Shown piece after piece: positions 1 through 9,669 of a stretch of 64,000 bases of DNA. Each line of letters starts with the position of its first letter. Within the stretch, counting starts at the first letter, position 1. The notes below the pieces were generated by a model. That model was not told the DNA's origin and searched no databases. It saw only the letters and a program-made list of their open reading frames with translations. The DNA comes from Candidatus Kuenenia stuttgartensis (GTDB lineage Bacteria; Planctomycetota; Planctomycetia; Pirellulales; UBA1268), in assembly GCA_945891385.1 (NCBI GenBank), contig CAMDDJ010000015.1, positions 1,237 through 65,236 on the forward strand. The letters run 5' to 3'. The translations under genes and the position numbers were made by a program.

Positions 1-594
1 CACCGTCGTGTTGGGGATCGTGAGCGGCTGATTGTCCAGCAGGAGGGTCGGAGTGCCTTCGGGATCGAGAATCAGGTCGGCCGTTCGGGCCACCATGTCG
101 AAATCCAGCCGCACGGTGCGATAGACGTCGCCTGTGAAGGTACCCGTCCCGCTTCGACGAGTGCCATTGTCGAAGATATAGAAGAGGTCGTTGTTGCCGA
201 AGTCGTAGCCGATTCCAAGCCGCTGGGTCGTTCCCTGCGCCAGGCCCGCCTGCCAGAAACTCGGTGACCGTGAGGTGATGTCCAGGCGAAGCGACGTGGT
301 GCCGGCAGGGATCGAGTACGAAAAGCCGGCATCATTGGCCCGGGTTACAGAACTGTCCCCCCCGGTATTGTTTCGGGCGTAGAGGCCGCCGCTGTATGAA
401 TTGGACACCCAGAGGTCGTTGGTGTTCGCCCAGCCATCGGCCGACAGAAGCGTGCCGGCGTTGCCGACGTCGCCTGCAATCGTGTAGGTCGAAACGGCCT
501 GAGCGCCTGCGAGGCCCGGCGCGACCACCGCCAGACCACAGGCAATCCCAACCGCAGCACCGCGAGAGAGACGCCTCACCACGTTCGCCAGCAT
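1..594 (-). CDS. Secreted protein with signal peptide, 3' end outside the window (possibly PEP-CTERM surface protein)
   Basis: Manual translation, absent from the ORF track: MLANVVRRLSRGAAVGIACGLAVVAPGLAGAQAVSTYTIAG..., open to the window edge; GGGAGG RBS upstream; sigma-54 motif at 666-680. Confidence 0.75.
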   Translation of the reverse strand, partial: MLANVVRRLSRGAAVGIACGLAVVAPGLAGAQAVSTYTIAGDVGNAGTLLSADGWANTNDLWVSNSYSGGLYARNNTGGDSSVTRANDAGFSYSIPAGTTSLRLDITSRSPSFWQAGLAQGTTQRLGIGYDFGNNDLFYIFDNGTRRSGTGTFTGDVYRTVRLDFDMVARTADLILDPEGTPTLLLDNQPLTIPNTTV

Positions 595-665
595 CACCGA
601 GTCCTCCCCTCGAAACGCGGGCCCCTTCAATCAGAAGAAAATCACCCCCGCGGATTCGGGAGAAG

Positions 666-680
666 GCAAGCGGCATGCCA
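666..680 (-). promoter_or_regulatory. Sigma-54 (-24/-12) promoter
   Basis: Minus strand TGGCAT-GCCGC-TTGC, about 70 bp upstream of the ATG at 594. Confidence 0.75.
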
Positions 681-826
681 AAACTGCTGAAAAAGTCAGC
701 CTGGCCAGTCCTCCCGAGCATGAACGGGCATCGCTGGCCCGCTTTTTCCCGGGCCAGAGACGGCTTTCCCACCGCGGGAGGGCCGTCGGAGAGTTCGCCG
801 CGACCAGAGCACAGAGCGTGACCCGT

Positions 827-866
827 TTCACGCCCCTAGGGAAACTCAGTTCCCCAGAATGGTGAA
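827..866. promoter_or_regulatory. Two TTCAC-N7-GTGAA-like boxes (candidate enhancer)
   Basis: TTCAC-gccccta-GGGAA at 827-843 and TTCCC-cagaatg-GTGAA at 850-866; one mismatch each to the boxes at 55584 and 55649. Confidence 0.5.
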
Positions 867-920
867 ATTCACCGGATCAGGGGTGTTGTCGGGGCATCGC
901 AAAACGTCATCCCTTGGCCG

Positions 921-3362
921 TCACGGCTCGTCCAGCGGCTCGCAGAGAGCCCCCAGCGTCGGAGAGGTGGCCCTGCGCCGGCCGTCCACCCAGACGGTGA
1001 GGCCCCGGCCGCGATCGTAGTGCGTGCCGTCGCGGTCCCAGACGATCGTGAGTTCGTGACCGCGGTAGCGGATGCCCTCGAGGCAGAACCAATCCCATTC
1101 GTCCGGCGGCAGGAGCGGGTGGAGTTCGAGCCGGTCGTCCCCGCGGGGAACGAGGCCGACGAGACCTGTGATCACCAGGTCGGCGAACGTGGAATGGTTG
1201 TACCAGCGGCTGCGGGGATCCGGGCCCTTGAGCCAGGCCCCTGTCGTCTCGTCGAGGTATTCGCCGATGTACGGCTCGCCATCCCAGCGCTGGCTGCGGG
1301 CATACGTGAGCAGCGCCTCGGTGAAGTCGCGGTTGGTCACCGGCACCTCGTGGCCCGCTCGCAGCACGTTCGCGAGGGCCGTCAGCGTCTGCGAGGTGGC
1401 GAAGGGCCACACCGCCCCGTCCCACTCGCAGGTGCCCACGCCATGGGAACGAAACTCGGGATGGCGGCGCTCGGCCGTGGTCATCCCGAACGGTGCCTTG
1501 AATCCGGCCGGGTCCGTGAACTGCAGCCAGGCCGCCTCGTAGCCCAGGCCGGCCGGTGGGAGCGAGAAGTACCAGGGGATGAATCCGATCGCCTCCCGGA
1601 CGCCGGCAAACGAGCCGTCCTCGCGAACCACCTCGAAGAAGGTCTGCGCGGGATTCCAGAGCGTGGTGAGCAGCTGCTGACGGAGCGACTCCCCCTCCGC
1701 GTCCAACTGGTCGGCCTCGGCAAAGCGGCCGGCTGTGCGGGCGATTTCCGCCAGGGCCAGAGTGCTGGCGGCCATGTAGGAGTTGAGCGTGGGCCGGATG
1801 TTCTTCGCCGTCCGGCTGCCGCTGATCGATTCCTCCATCGCGTCGCGGACGTCGTATTGCCAGTAGAGCCCGTCGGGCCGGCGTCGCTCGGCGGCCCAGG
1901 CGGCGTGGTCGGCAATCAGTTGGTCGAGACGAGCGGTCACGAATGCCGTGTCACCGGTCACGAGAGAGCGTTGCCAGAGGGCGTAGGGGAGCCACTGGCT
2001 GTATTTGTGAAGCCGAGCCCGTTGCTCTGGAGCCAGCCAGAAATCGACGTAGCCATCGAGGAACTGCGGGTCGCGGAGCCAGCGGCCTTCCATCAAGTGG
2101 TGCCCGAGGGCGGAACTGACCGGCTCCGGTCGGGTGATGAACTCGGTGAAGACCCAGCGGCCGGCGGCATCCCGCCGCAGGTGCTTGCGAAACGCCCACC
2201 AGCGGAAGTACCAGAGTTCGACGAGGTCGGCATCCGGGCAATCGAACCGCGGACAATGGGTCTCGAGCCAGGCGGCTGCCTCGGCGTTGGGAACTGCTCC
2301 CACGACGTCCTCGGGATCGAGCCGGTTGAAGGCGGCCACATGCTGCTCGATCACGGCGGCTGGAATCAGCCGTTCGACCGCGTCGGTTTGGGTCGTCTCG
2401 CTGGGAGCGTTCGCCTCGCCCTCCAACTGGATGTCTGCCGCCACCTCCGCCAGCTGCTCATCGGTCAGCTCGTCGTGCACCGCGATCACGGCTGCCAGCC
2501 GCAACGTGCCTCCCGGCTCGAGCACGATCGCGCCCGAATCGCCGCCCGCGTACGTCTTCGTGCCGAAGTGATTCATCAGGAGCCAGCCGGAGTCCCGGGC
2601 ATGAAAGAACGGCTGCCGCGGGTTGCCAACGCCATCCATGAAGAGCACGCCGCAGGCTCGACCGTCGATCGTTCCAGTCGCGTCGCACCAGGCCGCCTGC
2701 CGACCGAACACGCCCTTCTCGTTTCGGCCGCCGTGGCTCGCCAGGGTGCGGCCGCCCCATTTCGGCGCGAGTTCCTTGGCCAGGCGGATGCCGAACCCCA
2801 TCTCCTGGACGTCGGCGAAGGTCAGCGGCATCGCACCGGCCGTGAGCACCGCCTGCCACTCCAAGATCCAGACATCCTCGCCGCCCAGGCGTTGCGAGTG
2901 GAATGCGAGCGTCGATGCCTCCCGGCAGAGAACGGGCGTGTCGGCTTCGTCCTGCGGGCCGGCGAGATACTCGCTGACCGCCGTGAACGCGAACCGGCCA
3001 TGCTTGACGGTCGGCTCTCCCTCGAAGCCCACCCACCGCACGGCGGCCTTGTGCCGCCAGGGATCATGTCCCGAGAGATCGCTAAAGCAGAGCATGACAC
3101 CGGGATGCATCGTGGGGTGGTCGGGCGGGTCGATGCCGTCCCGCGGCGGGCAGGGCCGGGTCACGAGGCAGCCGGCCGGAGTATGGAGATCGCGGAGCGC
3201 GGGCCTGCCGATCTGCGGGTCGGCGAACACGTAGTCGGCGACGGGCCGGCCCGAGTCGGTCTCGATCGTCAGGCGGTCGGGGAGCCGCCGGCCGCGGAAG
3301 TCTGCCGCCGCCGGCCCGGCTGCCAGGAGGATTGCCACCACAAGCCAGAAGCAGCGGATCAT
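921..3362 (-). CDS. Secreted fusion: DUF6807/PmoA-like N-terminal domain + MGH1/GH63-like (alpha/alpha)6 glycoside hydrolase
   Basis: Start MIRCFWLVVAILLAAGPAAA (signal peptide; ATGA overlap with the upstream stop); HPTMHPG and EMGFGIR motifs; YFRWW, DAMEESISG, CEWDGAVWPFATS and YNHSTFADL motifs. Confidence 0.75.
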   Translation of the reverse strand: MIRCFWLVVAILLAAGPAAADFRGRRLPDRLTIETDSGRPVADYVFADPQIGRPALRDLHTPAGCLVTRPCPPRDGIDPPDHPTMHPGVMLCFSDLSGHDPWRHKAAVRWVGFEGEPTVKHGRFAFTAVSEYLAGPQDEADTPVLCREASTLAFHSQRLGGEDVWILEWQAVLTAGAMPLTFADVQEMGFGIRLAKELAPKWGGRTLASHGGRNEKGVFGRQAAWCDATGTIDGRACGVLFMDGVGNPRQPFFHARDSGWLLMNHFGTKTYAGGDSGAIVLEPGGTLRLAAVIAVHDELTDEQLAEVAADIQLEGEANAPSETTQTDAVERLIPAAVIEQHVAAFNRLDPEDVVGAVPNAEAAAWLETHCPRFDCPDADLVELWYFRWWAFRKHLRRDAAGRWVFTEFITRPEPVSSALGHHLMEGRWLRDPQFLDGYVDFWLAPEQRARLHKYSQWLPYALWQRSLVTGDTAFVTARLDQLIADHAAWAAERRRPDGLYWQYDVRDAMEESISGSRTAKNIRPTLNSYMAASTLALAEIARTAGRFAEADQLDAEGESLRQQLLTTLWNPAQTFFEVVREDGSFAGVREAIGFIPWYFSLPPAGLGYEAAWLQFTDPAGFKAPFGMTTAERRHPEFRSHGVGTCEWDGAVWPFATSQTLTALANVLRAGHEVPVTNRDFTEALLTYARSQRWDGEPYIGEYLDETTGAWLKGPDPRSRWYNHSTFADLVITGLVGLVPRGDDRLELHPLLPPDEWDWFCLEGIRYRGHELTIVWDRDGTHYDRGRGLTVWVDGRRRATSPTLGALCEPLDEP

Positions 3363-4471
3363 GCCAGGGCGACCTCGTAGAGTTGCGCGACGCCGCTCTG
3401 GTCGCTCGTGAAGACCACTCGGGAGCCATCCGGGGAAAACGACGGGTGAGGATGGGTGTGCTGGGGGGCGTAGACCTGCACGGGACCGTCGTCGTAGGGG
3501 CAGTGATCCACGTTCCAATGGCTACCCGCGTTGCTCGACCGGCTCCCCACGAGCGGGGTGACCGCCGCATCGGGGCCGCGGGAAGGATCGAAGGTGAACA
3601 GCCCACGGTCGGGAAAGGTCGTGTCGGCGACGCAGGAGCGGCCGTCGCGGCGAACCATCGGGTGCCACGCGGGAAAGCCGGTCACCCGCCGGAGGGTACC
3701 GGAGTCGACGTCGATCCCGATCATGCCGTGGGGCCAGATCACGGTCACGATCTCGTTGCGGCCTCCCACGGCCGCTCGGGGCATCCACGTCTCATGGACC
3801 ACCCATTCCCGGGCGGCGGTGTCTCGTTGATACGCCAGCCGGTGGTTGCTTCCGTCGCGGCGGACGACATGGATGCGGTCGGTGAAGCGACCGGCGAATC
3901 GGATCAGCGAGGAGTCATCGGGATGCACCTCGGGGTGGCCGATCGAGTCGTGTTCGCAGACCACGGCCATGCTGCCCGACGCCGTGTCGATCGCATGCAG
4001 CCGGGCGACCGCGCCGGTCTTCACCGGAACGATCCACCACCGGTCGTCGCGGGAGAGCGAGGTCGTGCCCATCGCGTCGCCCACCATTCCCGGCGGGATC
4101 ATCGGGACGTCGCCGAAATCGGCGAGGCACTCCTCGTGGAAGCCCGGGGCGGTCGACACCCGCCAGCCGCCGCAGCCGGCGGTGAAGTAGACCCATCGGC
4201 CGTCGTGCGAGGGATGCACGCTCCACTCGTTGAGGTCGGCGCGATCGGTCAACTGCACGAGCCTGCCGCTCGAACGCTCCTCGGCGAAGATCGCCGGCCG
4301 GCCGCTGCGATGCGAGACGAACACGAGCCATTGCATGGCGTCGTCGTAGGCCGGCAGATAATAGAAGGGGTGGTGATGGATCGATCGATGCGATGTCACC
4401 TGCCGCACCGACCGGCCCGACCCCGGGTCGATCGTCGTCAGCGATTCCGGCGGGTACGAGCGGCCCTTCAT
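3359..4471 (-). CDS. ogl: Oligogalacturonate lyase family (PL22) beta-propeller
   Basis: MKGRSYPPE...VRQVT...HHHPFYY, HETW, HPHPSFSPDG..VVFTSD motifs. Confidence 0.75.
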   Translation of the reverse strand: MKGRSYPPESLTTIDPGSGRSVRQVTSHRSIHHHPFYYLPAYDDAMQWLVFVSHRSGRPAIFAEERSSGRLVQLTDRADLNEWSVHPSHDGRWVYFTAGCGGWRVSTAPGFHEECLADFGDVPMIPPGMVGDAMGTTSLSRDDRWWIVPVKTGAVARLHAIDTASGSMAVVCEHDSIGHPEVHPDDSSLIRFAGRFTDRIHVVRRDGSNHRLAYQRDTAAREWVVHETWMPRAAVGGRNEIVTVIWPHGMIGIDVDSGTLRRVTGFPAWHPMVRRDGRSCVADTTFPDRGLFTFDPSRGPDAAVTPLVGSRSSNAGSHWNVDHCPYDDGPVQVYAPQHTHPHPSFSPDGSRVVFTSDQSGVAQLYEVALA

Positions 4472-4502
4472 GATGCTTGCGGAAATTGCCTGAGGAGGAG
4501 GA

Positions 4503-4627
4503 GTTGCCCGTGCCAATTGAGCGGCGTAGGAAACCGAGCGGAGCCACGACGGCGAAGCGAGGTTTCCTCCGAGTGAGCGGAGGTCCGGATGACCGCAGCG
4601 AACGTCCGGCGAGATGGCACGGGCAAC
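4503..4627. repeat. 125-bp intergenic element with 13-bp perfect terminal inverted repeats and internal hairpins
   Basis: GTTGCCCGTGCCA (4503-4515) / TGGCACGGGCAAC (4615-4627); internal AGGAAACC/GGTTTCCT, CTCCG/CGGAG, CCGGA/TCCGG. Confidence 0.6.
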
Positions 4628-4656
4628 CCTGCCGCCCCTTCGTAAACCCGCTGGAA

Positions 4657-5691
4657 TCAGACCCGCACGGGACGCCGGCTGGCGTGCCCGTTGGTGGCAG
4701 GCCGCTCGGTCACGCACTCCAGGCCCAGGGCCTCAAGACCCTGGCGAATCCGCGCGAGATCCTCGCTGGCCAGCGGCCGCACCGGTTTGCGGAAGGTGGG
4801 GCTGGGAAATTTGCCCAGCAGCCAGCGGGCGGCCTTCATCCGCTGATGCGCCCCGCAGCCCGGCTCCCCGAAGGCGTAGACGATCCGCGCCAGCGGCGCC
4901 ACGAGATCCCCTGCCTTTCGGGCCCGCGGCAGGTCGCCATCGAGGGCTGCATGAACGAGTTCGACCATCAACTCCGGCGCGAAGCCGGCGAACCCGATCA
5001 GGGCTCCGTCAGCGCCCTCGAGCAGCGTTGGCAGCAGGAATTCGTCGTGGCAGGTGACGATCGAGACATGGGGTGCCACGGCCTTGAGCTGCTCGTAGTC
5101 CCACCGCCACCGAGCCATGTCACGGGTGCCCATCTTCACCATCACGACTTCCGGCAATTTCACCATCTCGGTCATCTCGGCGAGCGTGTATCCCGCCTTC
5201 GTCCAGGCCGGATATTGGTGGATGATGATCGGCACGCCGGTGGCGGCCACGTCGGCGATGAAGCCGACGGCTGTTGCGGCGGAGCGGCCGAACCGCAGCC
5301 AGTGGTGGGGTGGCATCAGGAGAATCGCGTCGGCCCCGGCCTCGCGGGCGGCGATCGCATGGTCGACCGCCTCGTGGCTCCCCTCGGCGGAGACCCCGGT
5401 GATCGCCTTGACGCTCCGGCCGGTCGCGGCGTTGGCCTCGCGAACCGCCTCGGCCACGATCTCCATCACGCGAGCCCGCTCGGCTGGCCGCAGCGACATG
5501 ATTTCGCCGGTGTGGCCATTGCAGACGACGCCCTCGACCCCCGGGACCATCGCCACGTCGAGGATGTAAGAGCGGAGGCCCTCCTCGTCGATCGACTCGT
5601 CCTCATGAAACGGGCAGAGGGTCGCGGGGAAGACGCCGCTCCACGGGCGGTCGCGCCAGGCCTGGGCGGGCTTCGATGAAATGGCAGACAT
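4657..5691 (-). CDS. Dihydrodipicolinate synthase-family aldolase/dehydratase
   Basis: GVFPATLCPF, NGHTGE, Schiff-base Lys in VMVKMG, GADGALIG. Confidence 0.85.
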   Translation of the reverse strand: MSAISSKPAQAWRDRPWSGVFPATLCPFHEDESIDEEGLRSYILDVAMVPGVEGVVCNGHTGEIMSLRPAERARVMEIVAEAVREANAATGRSVKAITGVSAEGSHEAVDHAIAAREAGADAILLMPPHHWLRFGRSAATAVGFIADVAATGVPIIIHQYPAWTKAGYTLAEMTEMVKLPEVVMVKMGTRDMARWRWDYEQLKAVAPHVSIVTCHDEFLLPTLLEGADGALIGFAGFAPELMVELVHAALDGDLPRARKAGDLVAPLARIVYAFGEPGCGAHQRMKAARWLLGKFPSPTFRKPVRPLASEDLARIRQGLEALGLECVTERPATNGHASRRPVRV

Positions 5692-5716
5692 GCAAAACTC
5701 CAGAGTGTGCGGGGAA

Positions 5717-6814
5717 TCACCGCGGCCGAACGGCGGCGGTGGCGGCGTGCGGCGCGAGGGAGGCCTCGGGAATGAGCGTCGGGGTGACGTTGATGTCGAC
5801 CGCGACCCCGTCGAACACGCCGGTGATGCGGCGGGTGAGTTGCTCGACGGCCAGCTGGCCCACCCGACGGAGGTGGGCATCGATCGTTGTGAGCGCGGGC
5901 CAGAGCCCCGCGACCAGGCTCCGCTCGTTGTTGCAGGAGACGATCGCGATCTCCTCGCCCGGCTTGACGCCACAGGATGAGAGCGCGCGATAGAGCAGGG
6001 CCGCGATGCTGTCTGCCGGCACGAATACGGCCGTGGGTCTGGGCCGCTCCCGTAGGAGCGCCTCCACCAGCGGCAGCACGGAAGCCACGTCGACGATCGG
6101 CTCCAGGGGAAAATCCCGGGGGCGATTCCGCCGGCTCGTGAAGGATGCAACTGTCGCGCCCAGCTCGGTCGCCGTCGCCGTGAAGCCCTGCTGCCGCAGG
6201 GAGAACATGCCGTGGTCGGCCTTCGGGTTGACGATCGCGAGCCGGGAGTGCCCGTGGGCGACGAGTGCCTCGGCGGCAAGGCGGCCCATGGCGACGTTGT
6301 CGGGGCCCACGGCGTCGCCTTTCATGCCCAAGGGCCGGCCGAGCATCCAGACCAGGGCGTTGGACTCGATCACCGACCGGAACTTCGACCCGATGGCGTC
6401 GGCGATGTCGCCCTGCAGGGCGGCTTTGGCGAGAATGCCGTCGAACCGCACCCGCCGGAGCGCCCGCGGCGGCGAGGTGGGATCGGGCACGTTGATAAGC
6501 GTGGGATGGGCACCGGCGGCCGCAAGCGCCTCTTCAGCGCCGTGGATCGCCTCCGCGACTGCGGGTAACCCGGCAAGGGTGCGGTCGATCCCGAGCATCA
6601 CCAGCGCGATCCGCTTTCCGACGAGCGGGGCCCGCCGCCGCCGCCCGGATCGATCTCGCAGTGGCTTGTAGGACAGCGACTCGGCCGCTTCTTTGACGCG
6701 AGCGATGCACGCCTCGCTGATCTGCGGATGCCCCCGCAGCGCGCGGCTCGCCGTGCCCGGGGATACCCCCGCTCGGGCTGCAACATCCCGAATCGTGACC
6801 TCCGTGGATTCCAT
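5717..6814 (-). CDS. LacI-family transcriptional regulator
   Basis: VTIRDVAARAGVSPGTASRAL HTH; C-terminal sugar-binding fold (PALTTID). Confidence 0.92.
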   Translation of the reverse strand: MESTEVTIRDVAARAGVSPGTASRALRGHPQISEACIARVKEAAESLSYKPLRDRSGRRRRAPLVGKRIALVMLGIDRTLAGLPAVAEAIHGAEEALAAAGAHPTLINVPDPTSPPRALRRVRFDGILAKAALQGDIADAIGSKFRSVIESNALVWMLGRPLGMKGDAVGPDNVAMGRLAAEALVAHGHSRLAIVNPKADHGMFSLRQQGFTATATELGATVASFTSRRNRPRDFPLEPIVDVASVLPLVEALLRERPRPTAVFVPADSIAALLYRALSSCGVKPGEEIAIVSCNNERSLVAGLWPALTTIDAHLRRVGQLAVEQLTRRITGVFDGVAVDINVTPTLIPEASLAPHAATAAVRPR

Positions 6815-6873
6815 GATTTCGATGCTAGACGGCAGAATTTCCCGATGCAACGATGTGCGCAACAAAATGCACC

Positions 6874-8205
6874 TCACGGTTCCGCAAGGGGCCTAGCCCA
6901 GTGGCCAGTGCGATACTCGCGGCCGAGCAAGGCGGTCGCCTCCGCATCGCCTGCGATCAGCCCGGTCGGGGTATCGATCGTGAGGCTGCGGCCCAGCCGG
7001 ACGGCGATGTTGCCGTAGTGCACCAGAGCCACCGAGAGAAAGGCCTCGTCCATGTCGGCCCGGGGTTCGCGGCGGTCGCGGATGGCCGCTACGAAGTCGG
7101 CCTGATGGCTGCCCTCGAGGGATGGCGTACCCGGGGCCGGCACCTCCTGCCGCTTGTTCCTGCCGTCGAGGAGTTCAAGCTTCCCCCGCTTGCTCACGAA
7201 CAGCATGCCGTCGGTGCCCTGGAACTCCACCCCGCTGTCGCAGTTGTGCGGGTAGTTGCCCGACCAGAGCCGCATTTCGAAGAGCAGCTGCCGGGGGTGC
7301 CCGCCGGGCCGATCGGCGGGAAACTCGAAGGCGAGGCTGGCAGTGTCGGGAAACTCCTGGTCGTCATCGAAGTGGTACTTTCCCCCGAGGCCCGCCACAC
7401 GAGCAGGCAGGCTGTCGACGCCGAGGCCCCAGCGGGCATAGTCGAGTTCGTGGGTGCCGTCGTTGCCGATGTCACCGCAGCCGAAGATGTGCCACCACCG
7501 CCAGTGGTAATGAAAGCGATTTGCTTGGAACGGCACCAGGGGTGCGGGGCCGACCCAGAGGTCGTAGTCGACGCCTGGCGGCGGTGACGACGGCTGGTCG
7601 TGGCCGATGCTCTCCCGGCGTTGAATATTCCACGCCTTTGCCACGAGCACGTCGCCGATCACCCCGTCACGGAGCAGATGGACCGCGTGGGCGATCAGCG
7701 GATTGGATCGGCTCTGGGTGCCATGCTGCACGACGAGGCCGCTCTGGCGGGCGGCGGAGCGAAGGAATTCGGCCTCCTGGAAGGTGTGGCTGCACGGTTT
7801 TTCCAGGTAGACGTGCTTCCCGGCCGCGAGGGCCAGCAGGGCGGCCGGGGCGTGCCAGTGGTCAGGGGTGGCGATGATCACGGCGGCGAGGTCTGGGCGG
7901 TCCAGCAGCCAGCGAAAGTCGGCCACGGACTCCCCTGCCCCGCACTCGACAGCCGCAGCATCAGCCCGCGTGGCGTCGGGGTCGCAGACGGCCGAGATGC
8001 TGACGCCTGGAACGGCCGCCATCGCCTTGGCCACGCTCCGGCCCTGCCGGCCGCAGCCGATCAGGCCGACCCGCAGGGGCTCGAGGTTGGTGGCTCGGCT
8101 CGCGGCAGGAGCCGCTCCGAGTGCCAGAGTCGCGGTCGCGGAGACTCCGCGGAGGAAGTCCCGCCTCGTCGGAGCCGATCGGGGCTGATCGAGGTTCCAT
8201 CCCAT
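6874..8205 (-). CDS. Gfo/Idh/MocA oxidoreductase, Tat-exported
   Basis: TRRDFL Tat motif, GLIGCGRQG, ATPDHWH, YLEKP. Confidence 0.9.
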   Translation of the reverse strand: MGWNLDQPRSAPTRRDFLRGVSATATLALGAAPAASRATNLEPLRVGLIGCGRQGRSVAKAMAAVPGVSISAVCDPDATRADAAAVECGAGESVADFRWLLDRPDLAAVIIATPDHWHAPAALLALAAGKHVYLEKPCSHTFQEAEFLRSAARQSGLVVQHGTQSRSNPLIAHAVHLLRDGVIGDVLVAKAWNIQRRESIGHDQPSSPPPGVDYDLWVGPAPLVPFQANRFHYHWRWWHIFGCGDIGNDGTHELDYARWGLGVDSLPARVAGLGGKYHFDDDQEFPDTASLAFEFPADRPGGHPRQLLFEMRLWSGNYPHNCDSGVEFQGTDGMLFVSKRGKLELLDGRNKRQEVPAPGTPSLEGSHQADFVAAIRDRREPRADMDEAFLSVALVHYGNIAVRLGRSLTIDTPTGLIAGDAEATALLGREYRTGHWARPLAEP

Positions 8206-8345
8206 CGTCGCCGCTCTCTGGTCTGCACAGTCAACGGTCTACTGCCGGGTCTCACCCGCGTACGAATCAAGCATCGACAGTACCTGATCGAGATTCCCGC
8301 CCGGCCCTCTGGATTGGCGCAACTGCGGCCACCCGTTGCACGACC

Positions 8346-9626
8346 TCAGTCGGCTCGTTCCTGGGCCGGGGCGAACCAGATGACCACCATGCCCAAGGCG
8401 TAGACCAGCGAGAGCACGGCCCCGACTCGGGCGTAGTCGGCACCGAAGGCGGTGAACAGCCAGCCGGAGGCGAGCACGCCGGCCGCGGTGAGAAACCGTC
8501 CCGCGTTGTAGGCAAGGCCCGCGCCGGTCGCCCTCATGGTCACCGGGAAGAGCTCCGGGAGGTAGACAGCGAGCCAGCCGAAGAACAGCGTGGAGATGAC
8601 GCCCTGCACGAATACGACCGGGAGAAACGTCGCCTCGAGCGGGGCGGTGAGCGTGAACATCGCGAGGGTCGCGAGGGTCGCTCCGACGCTGATCAGGAAA
8701 TAGCTCCGCCGTCGGCCGAGCCAGCCGGCGAGCTGGGCGCCGATGAAGCTGCCGATGATCGAGCCGGCGGCCCACCAGCCCTGGGTGATCGCCTTGTAGG
8801 CCGCGTGGGTGCCCCCGCCCACCTTGTCGGCCCAGGGCACCATCCACTTGCTGGCGGACCAGGCTCCGACCATCGGAATGCCGCTTACGAGGATCGCTGC
8901 CAGCGTGATCCCGATGAGCCCGGCCGAGAATAGCGAGCGAATCGGCGCGTGGGCTCGGGTCGACGCACCGCCGGCGAGCCGCCGGCGGTGCATGGCCAGC
9001 CACTGCGGTGACTCGGGCAGCGCCAGGAGCACGATCACGCCCAACAGGGCAGGGGCTCCGGCCAGTTGAAACACCCACCGCCAGGAGTCGGGCGTCAGCG
9101 GCCAGATCCGGGCCAGTTGGGCGAGCAGCAGAATGCCCGTGTTGAGCCCGGCCGCCATCACCCCAGACACGGTGGGCTTCGACGCGTTCGGCCAACTCTC
9201 GGCCACCAGGGCGATGCCGTTGGGCCACATGCCCCCCACGCCGAGGCCGACGAGAAACCGCAGCGCCAGCATCTGCTCCTGGGATGTGACGAAGCCGCCG
9301 AGGGCCGCGCACACGGAGTAAAAGAGGATGCTGACGCCCATGGCCCGGCTGCGGCCGATGCGATCGCCCAGGTTGCCGAGCACCACGCCGCCCACCGCCG
9401 CCCCGAGCATCAGGGCCGCGGTGAACCAGGCAAACCACTGGCCACCGAGTTCCTTCGTATAGGCATCCCCCAGCAGGCTCTGCGAGACCGACAGCGAGGC
9501 GACCGGCATCAGCCCGAGCTCGACGCCGTCGAAGAGCAGGCCGAGAAACGCGGCCGCCAGCACGGCGCCGCGGGCAAGCGGTCTCAGAGGAGCGACGGAC
9601 TCGGGAGAGGCTGGCATAGCTGCCAT
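8346..9626 (-). CDS. MFS transporter
   Basis: GNLGDRIGR motif, LPESP, PELFP...RATG; multiple hydrophobic segments; start uncertain. Confidence 0.88.
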   Translation of the reverse strand: MAAMPASPESVAPLRPLARGAVLAAAFLGLLFDGVELGLMPVASLSVSQSLLGDAYTKELGGQWFAWFTAALMLGAAVGGVVLGNLGDRIGRSRAMGVSILFYSVCAALGGFVTSQEQMLALRFLVGLGVGGMWPNGIALVAESWPNASKPTVSGVMAAGLNTGILLLAQLARIWPLTPDSWRWVFQLAGAPALLGVIVLLALPESPQWLAMHRRRLAGGASTRAHAPIRSLFSAGLIGITLAAILVSGIPMVGAWSASKWMVPWADKVGGGTHAAYKAITQGWWAAGSIIGSFIGAQLAGWLGRRRSYFLISVGATLATLAMFTLTAPLEATFLPVVFVQGVISTLFFGWLAVYLPELFPVTMRATGAGLAYNAGRFLTAAGVLASGWLFTAFGADYARVGAVLSLVYALGMVVIWFAPAQERAD

Positions 9627-9669
9627 CCTGCGGGACACGCCCCACGCGGTCAAACCAGGCCGCGTTGGA

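Noticed and set aside
1020-3380. Long antisense ORFs (also 33883-35688, 37441-39378, 46728-48533)
   Set aside because: Shadow frames of GC-rich real genes, with no recognisable motifs
6844-6861. LacI operator (GCAACGATGTGC; similar GGAACGATGAGC near 13098)
   Set aside because: Symmetry too weak to support without comparative data
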